This document shows positions 10,320 to 19,027 of a DNA stretch of 64,000 bases, in pieces. The first letter of the stretch is position 1. The number at the start of each line of letters is the position of its first letter. The notes under the pieces were generated by a model. It saw only the letters and a program-made list of their open reading frames with translations. It was not told where the DNA came from and searched no databases. The stretch comes from an uncultured Thermotogae bacterium. Lineage in GTDB: Bacteria > Bipolaricaulota > Bipolaricaulia > UBA7950 > UBA9294. The stretch covers positions 1,317 to 65,316 of the forward strand of contig CAZSNG010000006.1 of assembly GCA_964608345.1 (NCBI GenBank), read 5' to 3'. Both the position numbers and the translations under genes were made by a program.

Positions 10320-10980
10320 GGGTCCTCCTGAGCGAGCGGCGAAGGCCGAGGATCTGTGCGAAGACCAGCGCGACGAGGAAGGCGTAAGCCACGAGCAATT
10401 CGAGAGACGGTGCAGATTGGACGATGCGAAGCGCAGCGCCGAGCGGGCTGAGAAGCGTCACCGCCGACGGCACGTGGGGGACGAAACCCAGGCTCCACGG
10501 CACGAGGAGGACGAGGCCGAACAGCGCGTACTGAAGCATGAACGTGTGCGTCTGCCGAGCCACTCCCCACAAGGCGAGCCGGAGGGAGATCAGAGCGAAC
10601 ATGAACGATGCGAGCGTCGAATAGAGGACGAGGAGTGGCAGAGCCAGGTCGTGGCCGGGCAGGAGGGCACGGGCGAAGAAGAGGAGCGGGAGAACGACCA
10701 GCTGTCCGAACAGGATGTGCCATAGCAATCGCGGGAGCGTCTCCCATCTCAGGCGCTCCCACCTTGCCGCTGCGATGCCGCGGAACGTGCCGAGCAGCGC
10801 GATGAGCGTGAGATACGTCAGGTGAAACACGAACGGGGAAGGCTGCCAGCGCACGTCGATCAGCTGAGAGACGCGGCCGCCGGCCGGGATCGAGAAGAGC
10901 AGCCCTGTGGCGCACGCCAACAGGATGAGGAGATACCCTTGAACCGCGCTGTTGGAGAGGACCGACTCCTGCCTTCTCAA
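10309..10980 (-). CDS. Multi-pass membrane protein (ABC-2-permease-like hydrophobicity)
   Basis: About six TM segments; TTG start at 10980 overlaps the upstream TGA and follows GGGGAGG. Confidence 0.7.
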   Translation of the reverse strand: MRRQESVLSNSAVQGYLLILLACATGLLFSIPAGGRVSQLIDVRWQPSPFVFHLTYLTLIALLGTFRGIAAARWERLRWETLPRLLWHILFGQLVVLPLLFFARALLPGHDLALPLLVLYSTLASFMFALISLRLALWGVARQTHTFMLQYALFGLVLLVPWSLGFVPHVPSAVTLLSPLGAALRIVQSAPSLELLVAYAFLVALVFAQILGLRRSLRRTHAV

Positions 10981-12713
10981 GAGACCTCCCCCCTGACGAC
11001 GTACACGTCGAGATGTCTCACTTTCCGGCCTGCTTCCGTGGCAACGTCGTCCCTCGGGACCGAGAGCCCGACGAACCACATGCCGGTCTGGAAAGGCAAT
11101 TCCTCGATCAGGTGCTGAAGGACAAGAGAGGCCGTCCCGTCGGCTTCTCGCACCAGGGAGCCCAGCGTCGCTGAAGATGCCTGCTCATATGTGTGCGTAC
11201 CGTTCGATACGGGCGGCACACGAACGCCCTGCCCATCGGCGATCAGCCAGCAGTCGACGAGCTCCACATCGGCGCGGTAGTCGAGGACGGCGTGGCCGCT
11301 GGCCCTGTCGACAGAGAGCCGCACGAGCGACGGCGCGGTAGCGTAGGCGTAGAACGTCTTCTGCCCGATCTCGGCGGCGGACGCGATGACGCGTCCCGGC
11401 TCCGCAGTGTGCGCATAGGCGCGAGGCGTCGCCGTCGGTCGGGGCATTGGGTGCGGAGTGACAGTTCCCGACGGCGCTTGGAGGGGGATTGCCTCACCGC
11501 CGAGGGCGTACGGAAGCGGGTCGGTCTCTGTGGAGTAGAAGCTCGACGAAACATGATCAATACCGAACGACGTTGCAAGGTGTAAGACAGTGTTGGAGAC
11601 ATATATCGACGATACCTGTTTCGTGTTGTTTGCATAGAAACCGGACCAAACGCAGAGAGCCGCAAAGACCACGGCGGCGGTGGCCACGCCGGCCCACCGG
11701 TGCCTGCGGCCGACGAAAACGACCGCCCCCAGGGCGATCGTAGTCAGGGCGATGAGAAGCAGCGCGGAACCATGCGTCGGGCGATCGACCGGAAGGGATC
11801 CGAGCAGCGCCTCGGAAACAGCCGTCATCGACAGGCGCGTGGCGCCGGGAACCGCTTCCCTGGCCCGCTCGAACTCCGCCCCAGTGAGGTCGGTCGGGCG
11901 AACGGCCACGACGGCGACGTGCCCGGCACCGTACGGCCAACCGAAGACAAGCGGTAGATCGCCGCGGGAAACGGGCCTGGACGTCCCCGGCTTCATCGTT
12001 CCGGTGAGCGCGAGGGTGCCGTCCTCGTGAGTGGTAAGCGACGGATTCGACAGCGGTAGGAGCTGCCGAAGAGCGGGCGAATCGAAGCGGAAGTAGTCCG
12101 GTCCGCTGGCAATGACGAGGGAACCGCCGGCGAGGACCCACTGGGCGATCGCGGGCCACGCCTCCTGTGGTGGGGGCTCCGAAATCCAGAGCGAGTGGAC
12201 CGCGTCGTACGCCCACCACTCGGACGGCAGTTCGGCGGCGGTGACCGGTGTCTCCTCCTCGTCGAGGCTGTGCGGCAGGGCGCCGTAGACGAGCGGGAAC
12301 GGATCGAGATGACGCGTCGCCCGGAGGAGAATCGACGTCTCTGCGAGGCTCGTTCCGTCCTCGGCAAGAAGTGCGACATCGATCGGGTTCAGCGGCTCGT
12401 ACATCGGGATGGCCGTACTGAAGGCGCCATCCGTGGAAACGACGAACCCTAGATCCTGTCGGATAGTGCTGGTGTCGCGCCACTCGTTGCCGAGCACGTG
12501 CGTGACGAGAAGGCGGGCAGTCAGATCGTGGTCGAATCCGCGGATTCGCACGCGAAGCGGCGCGTAACGTTCGGGGACGACGTGCCCGTTGAAACCGATT
12601 TGGACGTCAATGGACGGAGCCGCTCGCGCCGGCACGACCACGAGTGCGAGAAGAGCCGATGCGAAGCAGAGCCATAAGGTGCCTCGAAGATTGGGGTTCC
12701 GCCCGGTCGTCAT
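10977..12713 (-). CDS. Exported/membrane protein of the MoxR-vWA cluster, with a GATase-like segment
   Basis: Signal peptide ending ARA-APS, GFNGHVVPERYAP, WVLAGGSLVI, YGAGHVAV, two internal TM helices. Confidence 0.7.
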   Translation of the reverse strand: MTTGRNPNLRGTLWLCFASALLALVVVPARAAPSIDVQIGFNGHVVPERYAPLRVRIRGFDHDLTARLLVTHVLGNEWRDTSTIRQDLGFVVSTDGAFSTAIPMYEPLNPIDVALLAEDGTSLAETSILLRATRHLDPFPLVYGALPHSLDEEETPVTAAELPSEWWAYDAVHSLWISEPPPQEAWPAIAQWVLAGGSLVIASGPDYFRFDSPALRQLLPLSNPSLTTHEDGTLALTGTMKPGTSRPVSRGDLPLVFGWPYGAGHVAVVAVRPTDLTGAEFERAREAVPGATRLSMTAVSEALLGSLPVDRPTHGSALLLIALTTIALGAVVFVGRRHRWAGVATAAVVFAALCVWSGFYANNTKQVSSIYVSNTVLHLATSFGIDHVSSSFYSTETDPLPYALGGEAIPLQAPSGTVTPHPMPRPTATPRAYAHTAEPGRVIASAAEIGQKTFYAYATAPSLVRLSVDRASGHAVLDYRADVELVDCWLIADGQGVRVPPVSNGTHTYEQASSATLGSLVREADGTASLVLQHLIEELPFQTGMWFVGLSVPRDDVATEAGRKVRHLDVYVVRGEVS

Positions 12714-12809
12714 CCGCCCGAGTGTATAGAGAGATTGTCAAGAAATTGAGGAGACGTCGGGCCTCACATCGTCGCGGAGTTCGGCACCGCCTCAGGAAGA
12801 GGCGGACAG

Positions 12810-13427
12810 CTACTGGGGGAGCTTCTCCACGGCGAGCGCGGCGTCCTCACTGAGCACGTCGGCGTAGATCTGCGTCGTTTGAATCGAGCGGTGGCCGAGC
12901 TGCTTCTGGACGAGCCGGAGGTTGAAATCCGACGCGCGGTATAGGAGCGACGCGTACGTGTGGCGACAGGAGTGGATCGAGAACCGCTTGGGGATGCCGA
13001 CGACATCAGCGTGCTTGCGGAAGATTCGGTAGACGGCCGACCGGGTCAGCGAACCGCCGCGGGACGAGACGAAGACGGCCGCGCGGCCCGCGGTCGACTG
13101 ACCGAGTGACTCCTTCCATGAGATGAACTGCGCGAGGTGGTCGCGCAGGGCGGATCCGATGCGGACCCCTCTCTTCTTGCCACCCTTGCCGTCTCGGACG
13201 ATCAGCGAGGAGTGCGCTTGGTCGAGGATGACGTCGCGAAGCTGGAGTGCACAGATCTCCGAGACGCGGAGTCCCGAATCGAGCGCGACGTGGAGGATCG
13301 CCCAGTCCCTAGCCGGATCGGTTCGGCCGTCTGGGGACGGCTCGTCAGCGAGACGCTGGCAGTAGGTCTTGAGCAACTGCACCTGGTCCGGTGTCAGGAA
13401 GTCTTCGTGAGTCACTTCGAGCGGCAT
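12810..13427 (-). CDS. Compact tyrosine recombinase, catalytic domain only (FimB/FimE-like size)
   Basis: Complete catalytic set: SGLRVSE (R), GKGGK (K), HSCRH (HxxR), LGH, TTQIY (Y); only about 40 aa precede RDWAIL, so no core-binding domain; AAGGAGGAG RBS. Confidence 0.93.
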   Translation of the reverse strand: MPLEVTHEDFLTPDQVQLLKTYCQRLADEPSPDGRTDPARDWAILHVALDSGLRVSEICALQLRDVILDQAHSSLIVRDGKGGKKRGVRIGSALRDHLAQFISWKESLGQSTAGRAAVFVSSRGGSLTRSAVYRIFRKHADVVGIPKRFSIHSCRHTYASLLYRASDFNLRLVQKQLGHRSIQTTQIYADVLSEDAALAVEKLPQ

Positions 13428-13486
13428 GGCTCCTCCTTCGTCCGGGGAGGAGCGTAGCGAGGCGCCCGCGATCGGGATGGGACAAG

Positions 13487-13518
13487 TTTCGCAACAAAAG
13501 GTTACTTTTGTTGCGAAA
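13487..13518. repeat. Perfect 14-bp inverted repeat, putative recombinase binding/crossover site or operator
   Basis: TTTCGCAACAAAAG-GTTA-CTTTTGTTGCGAAA, AT-rich in a GC-rich genome, 60 nt upstream of the recombinase start. The repeat is directly visible; its function is inferred. Confidence 0.8.
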
Positions 13519-13665
13519 TCGGACCGTGGATCGCGAAAAGGGCCTAGGGAACTGCATCTAGGAGCAATCGGGAACGGGCGTGCGAGTCGCAGGGTGTGGC
13601 GCGATGTTCTGGTGAGGGCCGATTCTGGGGTCGGCGGACTGCTTGGAGGCCGTTTATGGGGCCTC

Positions 13666-14439
13666 TCATTCGATCGAGTATCTCTGGACGATCTTTTCCT
13701 CGTCCCCTACGACGTTTGCTTCGACTTCGACGTACTTCTCGATCGTCGAGCGCTCGAGTTTCTCCCGAAGGAGGTTGTCGAGCTGAAAGATGCCCGCCGA
13801 GTTCGACATCTCGATCGAGATCCTGATCGGGCGTTCCCCGCCTGACTCGAGGTGAACCTTCCGGATCGCCATGGCCGAGACCGAGTGAATGGTCGGGACG
13901 CCGGTCTCGAATGGGATCCGTGCGCGCCCCGACTCCATGTCGAGCGCGTCAGCGACCTTCACCACGCCGGCTTCGATGGTGAGGGTCTCGATCTTGCGCT
14001 GGTGGGCGAAGATGGCGTGGAGCACCTCGCCCTTGAGGAGGGCGATGGTGCGCTGGTCGTAGATCGTGCCGAGCAAGCGATCGACCAGCGGAGCGGCCAG
14101 TATGAGCGACAGGAGCTCGTGGTCGTGGCGGTGGATCACGTGCCCGATGTCGTGCAGGGCGCAGGCGAGGACGACGACGACCTCGGCGTCGTCGTTGGTC
14201 AGCCCGTGATTCTCGACGACGCTCGGCGTGACTCCTGCGTTCATCAGGAGACGCAGCAGCTTCAGGCCGATGTTCGTCATAATGCGGACGTGGACCGGTC
14301 CGTGGTCGTTGATTCCCATCCGGTCGATTGCCGTGATGTTCGAGCCGGACCAAAGCGCATCGAGCTCGACCGACGAATCGATCTGCGCGACGACGTGCTT
14401 GAGCTGCTCATTCTGGTTGCATGGGACGTTAAGGGGCAT
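13666..14439 (-). CDS. HD-domain phosphohydrolase (COG3294/MJ0778-like)
   Basis: INDHGPVHVRI, CALHDIGHVIHRHDHE, VKVADALDM motifs. Confidence 0.88.
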   Translation of the reverse strand: MPLNVPCNQNEQLKHVVAQIDSSVELDALWSGSNITAIDRMGINDHGPVHVRIMTNIGLKLLRLLMNAGVTPSVVENHGLTNDDAEVVVVLACALHDIGHVIHRHDHELLSLILAAPLVDRLLGTIYDQRTIALLKGEVLHAIFAHQRKIETLTIEAGVVKVADALDMESGRARIPFETGVPTIHSVSAMAIRKVHLESGGERPIRISIEMSNSAGIFQLDNLLREKLERSTIEKYVEVEANVVGDEEKIVQRYSIE

Positions 14440-14878
14440 CGATCTCCTCTCTTAGGAATCGCCACCAGGGCGCTGCTTCGTGGGGAGTGTCGGCCTGGGC
14501 TTGAAGGCGCTGCTCGAGGGTGGCGACGTGTTGACGCAGGAAGGCGAGTTCCTCACGGAGGGACGCGATCAACAGGGCGGTTTGATCCGGTTTTGCATCG
14601 CGCGGCACGAAACGCGGCGAAACCGATGTGGTCGAATGGTTCTGGTTATATACCTTTGCGCGCAAGACTTCGCTGGCCTCGGTCATGGTTAACCCGCTAT
14701 CGTGCAACTCCTGCAATCGCCGAAGCAGATCGGCACCGTCGTCGGCGAGCAGGATCTGGTTGTTGGGGCCGCGGCGAGTGTGCGGGAGGAGCAGATCCTT
14801 GATCGCCTCGATGCGATTGCGGACCTGGTTTGCGCTGGTGAGGCCGAGCGACTGCCGCAGACTGTTGATTGAGTGCAT
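14429..14878 (-). CDS. MerR-like HTH plus coiled-coil protein with C-terminal PWWRF motif (RacA/DUF3967-like architecture)
   Basis: N-terminal HSINSLRQSLGLTSANQVRNR, RRGPNNQILL wing, LQELHDSGLTMTEA; heptad LREELAFLRQHVATLEQRL; GGGGGA RBS. Confidence 0.7.
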   Translation of the reverse strand: MHSINSLRQSLGLTSANQVRNRIEAIKDLLLPHTRRGPNNQILLADDGADLLRRLQELHDSGLTMTEASEVLRAKVYNQNHSTTSVSPRFVPRDAKPDQTALLIASLREELAFLRQHVATLEQRLQAQADTPHEAAPWWRFLREEIDAP

Positions 14879-14970
14879 GATCCCCCTGGCAGACGATACC
14901 GCACCGGCTCCGTGGGAGGCAAGAGACGCCGATTGTGAGGCCGGAGGGGATCGGATAGCCTAGGGCCGGC

Positions 14971-16704
14971 ATGCGCATCCGACGACTCACCGAGCCCGTA
15001 ACGCTGAAGATCGCTGCCGGAGAGGTGGTCGATCGCCCGGCGTCGGTAGTGAAGGAGCTTGTCGAGAACGCGATCGACGCCGGAAGTGAGAGGATCGATG
15101 TCGTTCTCCGTGAGGGGGGCAAGTCGCTGATCATCGTCCGGGACGACGGCGAAGGGATGCCCGGCGAGGACTTGCGGCTCGCATTCGAGCGGTACGCGAC
15201 GAGCAAGATCGAGACGGAGACGGACCTGTACTCGATCGAGACGCTCGGTTTTCGTGGAGAGGCGCTGGCCAGCATCGCTGCGGTCTCCCGGGCGCGCGTC
15301 ACATCCTGCACCCGCGACGGAGGATCGGCCCATACGCTGGAAGTGAGCGGCGGGCACATCGGAGACGTGGTGCCGGCGTCGCGACCTCCGGGGACGACCG
15401 TCGAGGTCGCGGACTTGTTCTTCAACGTGCCGGCACGCTCGCGATTCCTCGGCGCCGCGCGGACGGAGTTCATGCACGTCAATCGCGTCGTCCAGCGGCT
15501 CGCCCTCCTCTCGCCGTCGATCGGGTGGTCGGTGAAGCACGGGGACCGTGAAGTATTCGCCGCGCCGGGTGTGGAGTCGCTGCTCGACCGATTGGCGCAG
15601 ATCTACGGAACCGAGGTCGCTGCCGGCTTGATCCCGCTCGAGGGCGTGCGAGGTCCGATCACGGTGAGCGGGTTCATCAGTCGCCCCGACCTGAAGCGGG
15701 GGAATCGGAGGGATCAGAGCTTCGTCGTCAATGGCCGGTTCGTGAGCGATCGAGGGCTCTCGTTCATCCTCGCGAGCGCCTACCGCGGGATTCTGCGTCC
15801 GGGGAGCTACCCGATCGCCGTGATCCGGGTCGATCTGCCGAACGAGCAGGTGGACGTTAACGTGCATCCTCGAAAGGAAGAGATTCGATTCGCGGACGCG
15901 CGGCAGGTGCAGGACGCCGTTGCGGCGGCCTTGCTGAAGGCGCTGTCCAGCCGGCAGGTCGTCGCTCCGCTGACGCCGTCGCGGGGCGGATCGCGCGGAG
16001 CGGTCGCGACGGGAGAGCCGCAGCCCCGCTATGGCGAGCGAACCGAGGCGCTGTCGTTCGATCTGCCACGCGAGATGCAGCTTTCCGGGCGGATGCGCGA
16101 GCTCGAGAAAGTGAGGGTTCAGGGCGATCGCCGCGTGATCGGGCAGCTCCAGGCGACGTACTTGCTTGTCGAGTCGCCGGACGGGCTGGAGATCGTCGAC
16201 CAGCACATCGCCCACGAGCGGATCCTGTACGAGGGCCTGCGAAGCGAGTGGGGCGCGGACGGCATCGTCCGCCAGATCTTCCTGATTCCCGCCCGCGTCG
16301 AAGTGCCGTTCGAGGCGGCGAGCGTCCTCGTCGGCCGGCGTGAGGAACTGGAGAGGGTCGGGATCATCCTCGACGAGTTCGGCGGCGGCACGTTCCTGAT
16401 CCGTGAATACCCGCGCGCGCTTGCCGACGAGCAGACGAAGAGGGGATTTCAGGAAGTGATCGAGTCGCTGATCGGCGCGCTTGGCGCGGAGACCGATCTG
16501 GAGGACCCGCTGCTCGACCGGCTGTTGAGCGAGTTGAGCTGCGGCGCGGCGATCAAGGCCGGGGATCCGATTCCGCTCGCCGAGGCGCAGGCGCTGGTGG
16601 AGCGGCTGATGACCCTGGAGAACCCCAACTTCTGTCCGCACGGGCGGCCGATCGTCTTCAAGATCGACAGGGATGAACTCGATCGCCGCTTCCAGCGCCG
16701 CTAG
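14971..16704 (+). CDS. mutL: DNA mismatch repair protein MutL (endonuclease type)
   Basis: IAAGEVVDRPASVVKELVENAIDAG, GFRGEAL, DVNVHPRK, DQHIAHER, SCGAAIKAG, CPHGRP. Confidence 0.97.
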   Translation: MRIRRLTEPVTLKIAAGEVVDRPASVVKELVENAIDAGSERIDVVLREGGKSLIIVRDDGEGMPGEDLRLAFERYATSKIETETDLYSIETLGFRGEALASIAAVSRARVTSCTRDGGSAHTLEVSGGHIGDVVPASRPPGTTVEVADLFFNVPARSRFLGAARTEFMHVNRVVQRLALLSPSIGWSVKHGDREVFAAPGVESLLDRLAQIYGTEVAAGLIPLEGVRGPITVSGFISRPDLKRGNRRDQSFVVNGRFVSDRGLSFILASAYRGILRPGSYPIAVIRVDLPNEQVDVNVHPRKEEIRFADARQVQDAVAAALLKALSSRQVVAPLTPSRGGSRGAVATGEPQPRYGERTEALSFDLPREMQLSGRMRELEKVRVQGDRRVIGQLQATYLLVESPDGLEIVDQHIAHERILYEGLRSEWGADGIVRQIFLIPARVEVPFEAASVLVGRREELERVGIILDEFGGGTFLIREYPRALADEQTKRGFQEVIESLIGALGAETDLEDPLLDRLLSELSCGAAIKAGDPIPLAEAQALVERLMTLENPNFCPHGRPIVFKIDRDELDRRFQRR

Positions 16705-17600
16705 CCGGGAACCAACACGCGAAGGGCGTTCGGGAGGGTCGAGACGGTGAACGAATCGCTCGGCAGCCTGTACGGTTCTCCATCCATATGTGCGATCAGC
16801 TTCTTCGGCGACGAGAGGGTCGCCTCGGGCAGCTGCCGGTAGTGGACCTTTCGCCACTGCAGGTGCCGTCCGGCCCTGACCCGCGGCAGGCGAACGAGGC
16901 GCTCGAGCTTCGAGTAGTCCTCGATCGCGGAGATGTCGATCATGCCGTCAACGATGTCCGCCTCGGGCGCGAGTTTGAACCCGCCGCCGGCGTACTTCCC
17001 GTTGGCGATGCCGAGTGAGAGGCAGGTCAGTTCGAGCTGCCAGTCGGCCGCCTCGATCGTCACGGGGAAGGCCGGGAACCGGAGGATCTCCTTGACCGCG
17101 GCCGAGACGTAGGCCGGAGCGCCCTTGAGCCGCTGCATCTGGAGCACATCGCGGGCGACCTGGGCGTCGATGCCGATGCCCATTCCATTGACGAAGCAAC
17201 GTTCGTCGTTGATTCGTCCCAGATCCATCGTTCGCTCCACGCCGCCGGTGAGAACGTCGATGGCGTTGAACGGATCGGCCGGGATGCCGAGCATCCGGAC
17301 GAAGTCGTTGCCTGTCCCGGCGGGAATGACTGCCAGGACGGCGTCCTTCCCGAGCAGGCCGTTGGTGACTTCATTGACGGTGCCGTCCCCACCCATCGCG
17401 ACGATGCGCTTGAACCCCGCTTCGATCCCCCATCTGGCGACGTCGGTCGCCTCCTGAGGCTCATTTGTGTAGTGGAGTTCGTACGAGATACCGCGCCGAT
17501 CCAGCTCGGCCTTGACCTTCGGAAACAGAGCCTTACATCGGCCGTGTCCGGCAATCAGATTGACAATGACGAACAGCTCCGCCCCGCCCCCGCCGCTCAT
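16701..17600 (-). CDS. Diacylglycerol/lipid kinase family (YegS/BmrU-like)
   Basis: IVNLIAGHG, MGGDGTVNE, PAGTGNDF, YAGGG, HMDGE. Confidence 0.93.
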   Translation of the reverse strand: MSGGGGAELFVIVNLIAGHGRCKALFPKVKAELDRRGISYELHYTNEPQEATDVARWGIEAGFKRIVAMGGDGTVNEVTNGLLGKDAVLAVIPAGTGNDFVRMLGIPADPFNAIDVLTGGVERTMDLGRINDERCFVNGMGIGIDAQVARDVLQMQRLKGAPAYVSAAVKEILRFPAFPVTIEAADWQLELTCLSLGIANGKYAGGGFKLAPEADIVDGMIDISAIEDYSKLERLVRLPRVRAGRHLQWRKVHYRQLPEATLSSPKKLIAHMDGEPYRLPSDSFTVSTLPNALRVLVPG

Positions 17601-17664
17601 GGGAGAATCCTACGAAACCCGGCAGATGGAAGTCAAGCGGCGCCGGCTGATCGCCGCCTGCCGA

Positions 17665-18300
17665 TCACGGCTTGATCGCTCGAATGACGATGAACGATCC
17701 GCGCTCGTGCCCATCCGACGGAGGCTCGATCCGATCGTTCGCCCGCTCGGCAGCGCCGGTGAGCGTCTGCACCGTCCGCTCGATTCGCAGCCCGGCCCGC
17801 TCGACGGCGTCGAAGACCCGCCGTTTCGTGTGGAGCGTCGCGTGCCGGTAGAAGCGATCCTCCGACGCGAGCTCGCAGTACAGCTCCCCGAAGCGACTGT
17901 CGCCGGGCAGGAATGCGACGATCGCTCGCCCGCCGGATCGCAGCGCGCGTTCGACCTCGGCGAACGTCCGGTCGATGTCGTCGACGAAGCAGAGCGTGGT
18001 GATCAGGAAGACCGCGTCGGCGGATGCGTCCTCGAGCGGCAGCGATTCGGCTGTTCCCCGCAGAACATCGACGCCACGCGCCGCGGCGAGTGCGGCCATT
18101 CCTTCGGTGGGTTCGACGCCGAGAGGGATGCCCAGTCGTGACGCGAACCGTCCGCTGCCGACGCCGATCTCGACCCAGTCGCCCGCTGGTGGCAGCAGCT
18201 CGCGAACGGCGAGCAGCTCGGACTCGTACACGCGTTCGTTCCGGTCGAACCAGGCGTCGTATTCGGCGGCGTGTGTCTCGAACGGATTCGGTTCACCCAT
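17665..18300 (-). CDS. Class I SAM-dependent methyltransferase
   Basis: AAEYDAWF, VEIGVGSGRF, AESLPLEDAS, TTLCFVDD; start overlaps the end of the ABC ATPase gene. Confidence 0.9.
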   Translation of the reverse strand: MGEPNPFETHAAEYDAWFDRNERVYESELLAVRELLPPAGDWVEIGVGSGRFASRLGIPLGVEPTEGMAALAAARGVDVLRGTAESLPLEDASADAVFLITTLCFVDDIDRTFAEVERALRSGGRAIVAFLPGDSRFGELYCELASEDRFYRHATLHTKRRVFDAVERAGLRIERTVQTLTGAAERANDRIEPPSDGHERGSFIVIRAIKP

Positions 18301-19027
18301 CGGTTCCTCCAGTCTGGATCAGCGCGAGCAGATCGTCCCTGGCTTCCAGGAACGGGCTTCCGAGACGCTCGGTTCGCTCCGAAGCGGCGAGTCGGATCGA
18401 CCGATCCCCGAGGACCGCCGCCGGCCGCTCGGTCAGCACGACGATCCGCTCCGCGAGGGCGACCGCCTCCTCGAGGTCGTGGGTGACGAACAGCATCGTC
18501 CGGTTGAAGCGGTCGATCAGCCCCGCCAGCCAGTCCTGCATTCGATGTCTCGTGAGGACGTCCAGAGCGCCGAACGGTTCGTCCAGGACGAGGATCGGGC
18601 TGCCGGTCATCAGCGCTCGCAGGAGAGCGACGCGCTGGCGCATGCCGCCGGACAGCTCGTGCGGATAGGCAGCCTCGAAGCCGGACAGACCGAACGCCGG
18701 CAAGTGCTCGCCGACGGTCGCCCGGCGCCTCGCCCGCCCGACGCGCCGGATCTGCAACGGCAGCGCCGCGTTCTCGACCACCGTCTTCCACGGGAAGAGC
18801 AGGCCCCCCTGAGGCAGGTAGCCGGCGCGGTCGAGAGAGCCCGCGACGTGTCCTCCATCCGCCGTCTCCAGACCGAGTAGGATTCGCAGCAGTGTCGTCT
18901 TTCCGCATCCCGAGGGGCCGAGGAGGGCGACCGCCTCCCCGTCGTCGATCGACAGCGATACGTCGTGGAGGACCTCGAGATCCCCGAACTGCTTGCGAAC
19001 GGAACGGACGACGAGGCGGTCCGTCAC
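18293..19027 (-). CDS. NitT/TauT-family ABC ATPase (ThiZ-like)
   Basis: GPSGCGKTT, LSGGMRQR, LDEPF, VTHD; GTG at 19027 overlaps the upstream TGA. Confidence 0.92.
   Translation of the reverse strand: MTDRLVVRSVRKQFGDLEVLHDVSLSIDDGEAVALLGPSGCGKTTLLRILLGLETADGGHVAGSLDRAGYLPQGGLLFPWKTVVENAALPLQIRRVGRARRRATVGEHLPAFGLSGFEAAYPHELSGGMRQRVALLRALMTGSPILVLDEPFGALDVLTRHRMQDWLAGLIDRFNRTMLFVTHDLEEAVALAERIVVLTERPAAVLGDRSIRLAASERTERLGSPFLEARDDLLALIQTGGTDG

Noticed and set aside
12736-12741. TTGACA as the -35 of the vWA operon promoter
   Set aside because: The nearest -10-like hexamer (TACACT) is only 9 nt away, so the spacing is incompatible.
2482-14900. Prophage or ICE integrated at tRNA-Pro using the recombinase
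   Set aside because: I found no duplicate of the tRNA 3' end and no phage or conjugation genes, and the intervening genes lie on the tRNA 5' side.
16701-16704. Convergent stops sharing CTAG (also 61981-61984)
   Set aside because: A common 4-nt convergent overlap with no evidence of special function.
14689-16857. Long antisense ORF (722 aa) and similar ones at 59726-61852, 24190-25611 and 20024-21436 (5' part)
   Set aside because: Shadow frames of well-supported genes in GC-rich DNA; Arg/Pro-rich and motif-free.
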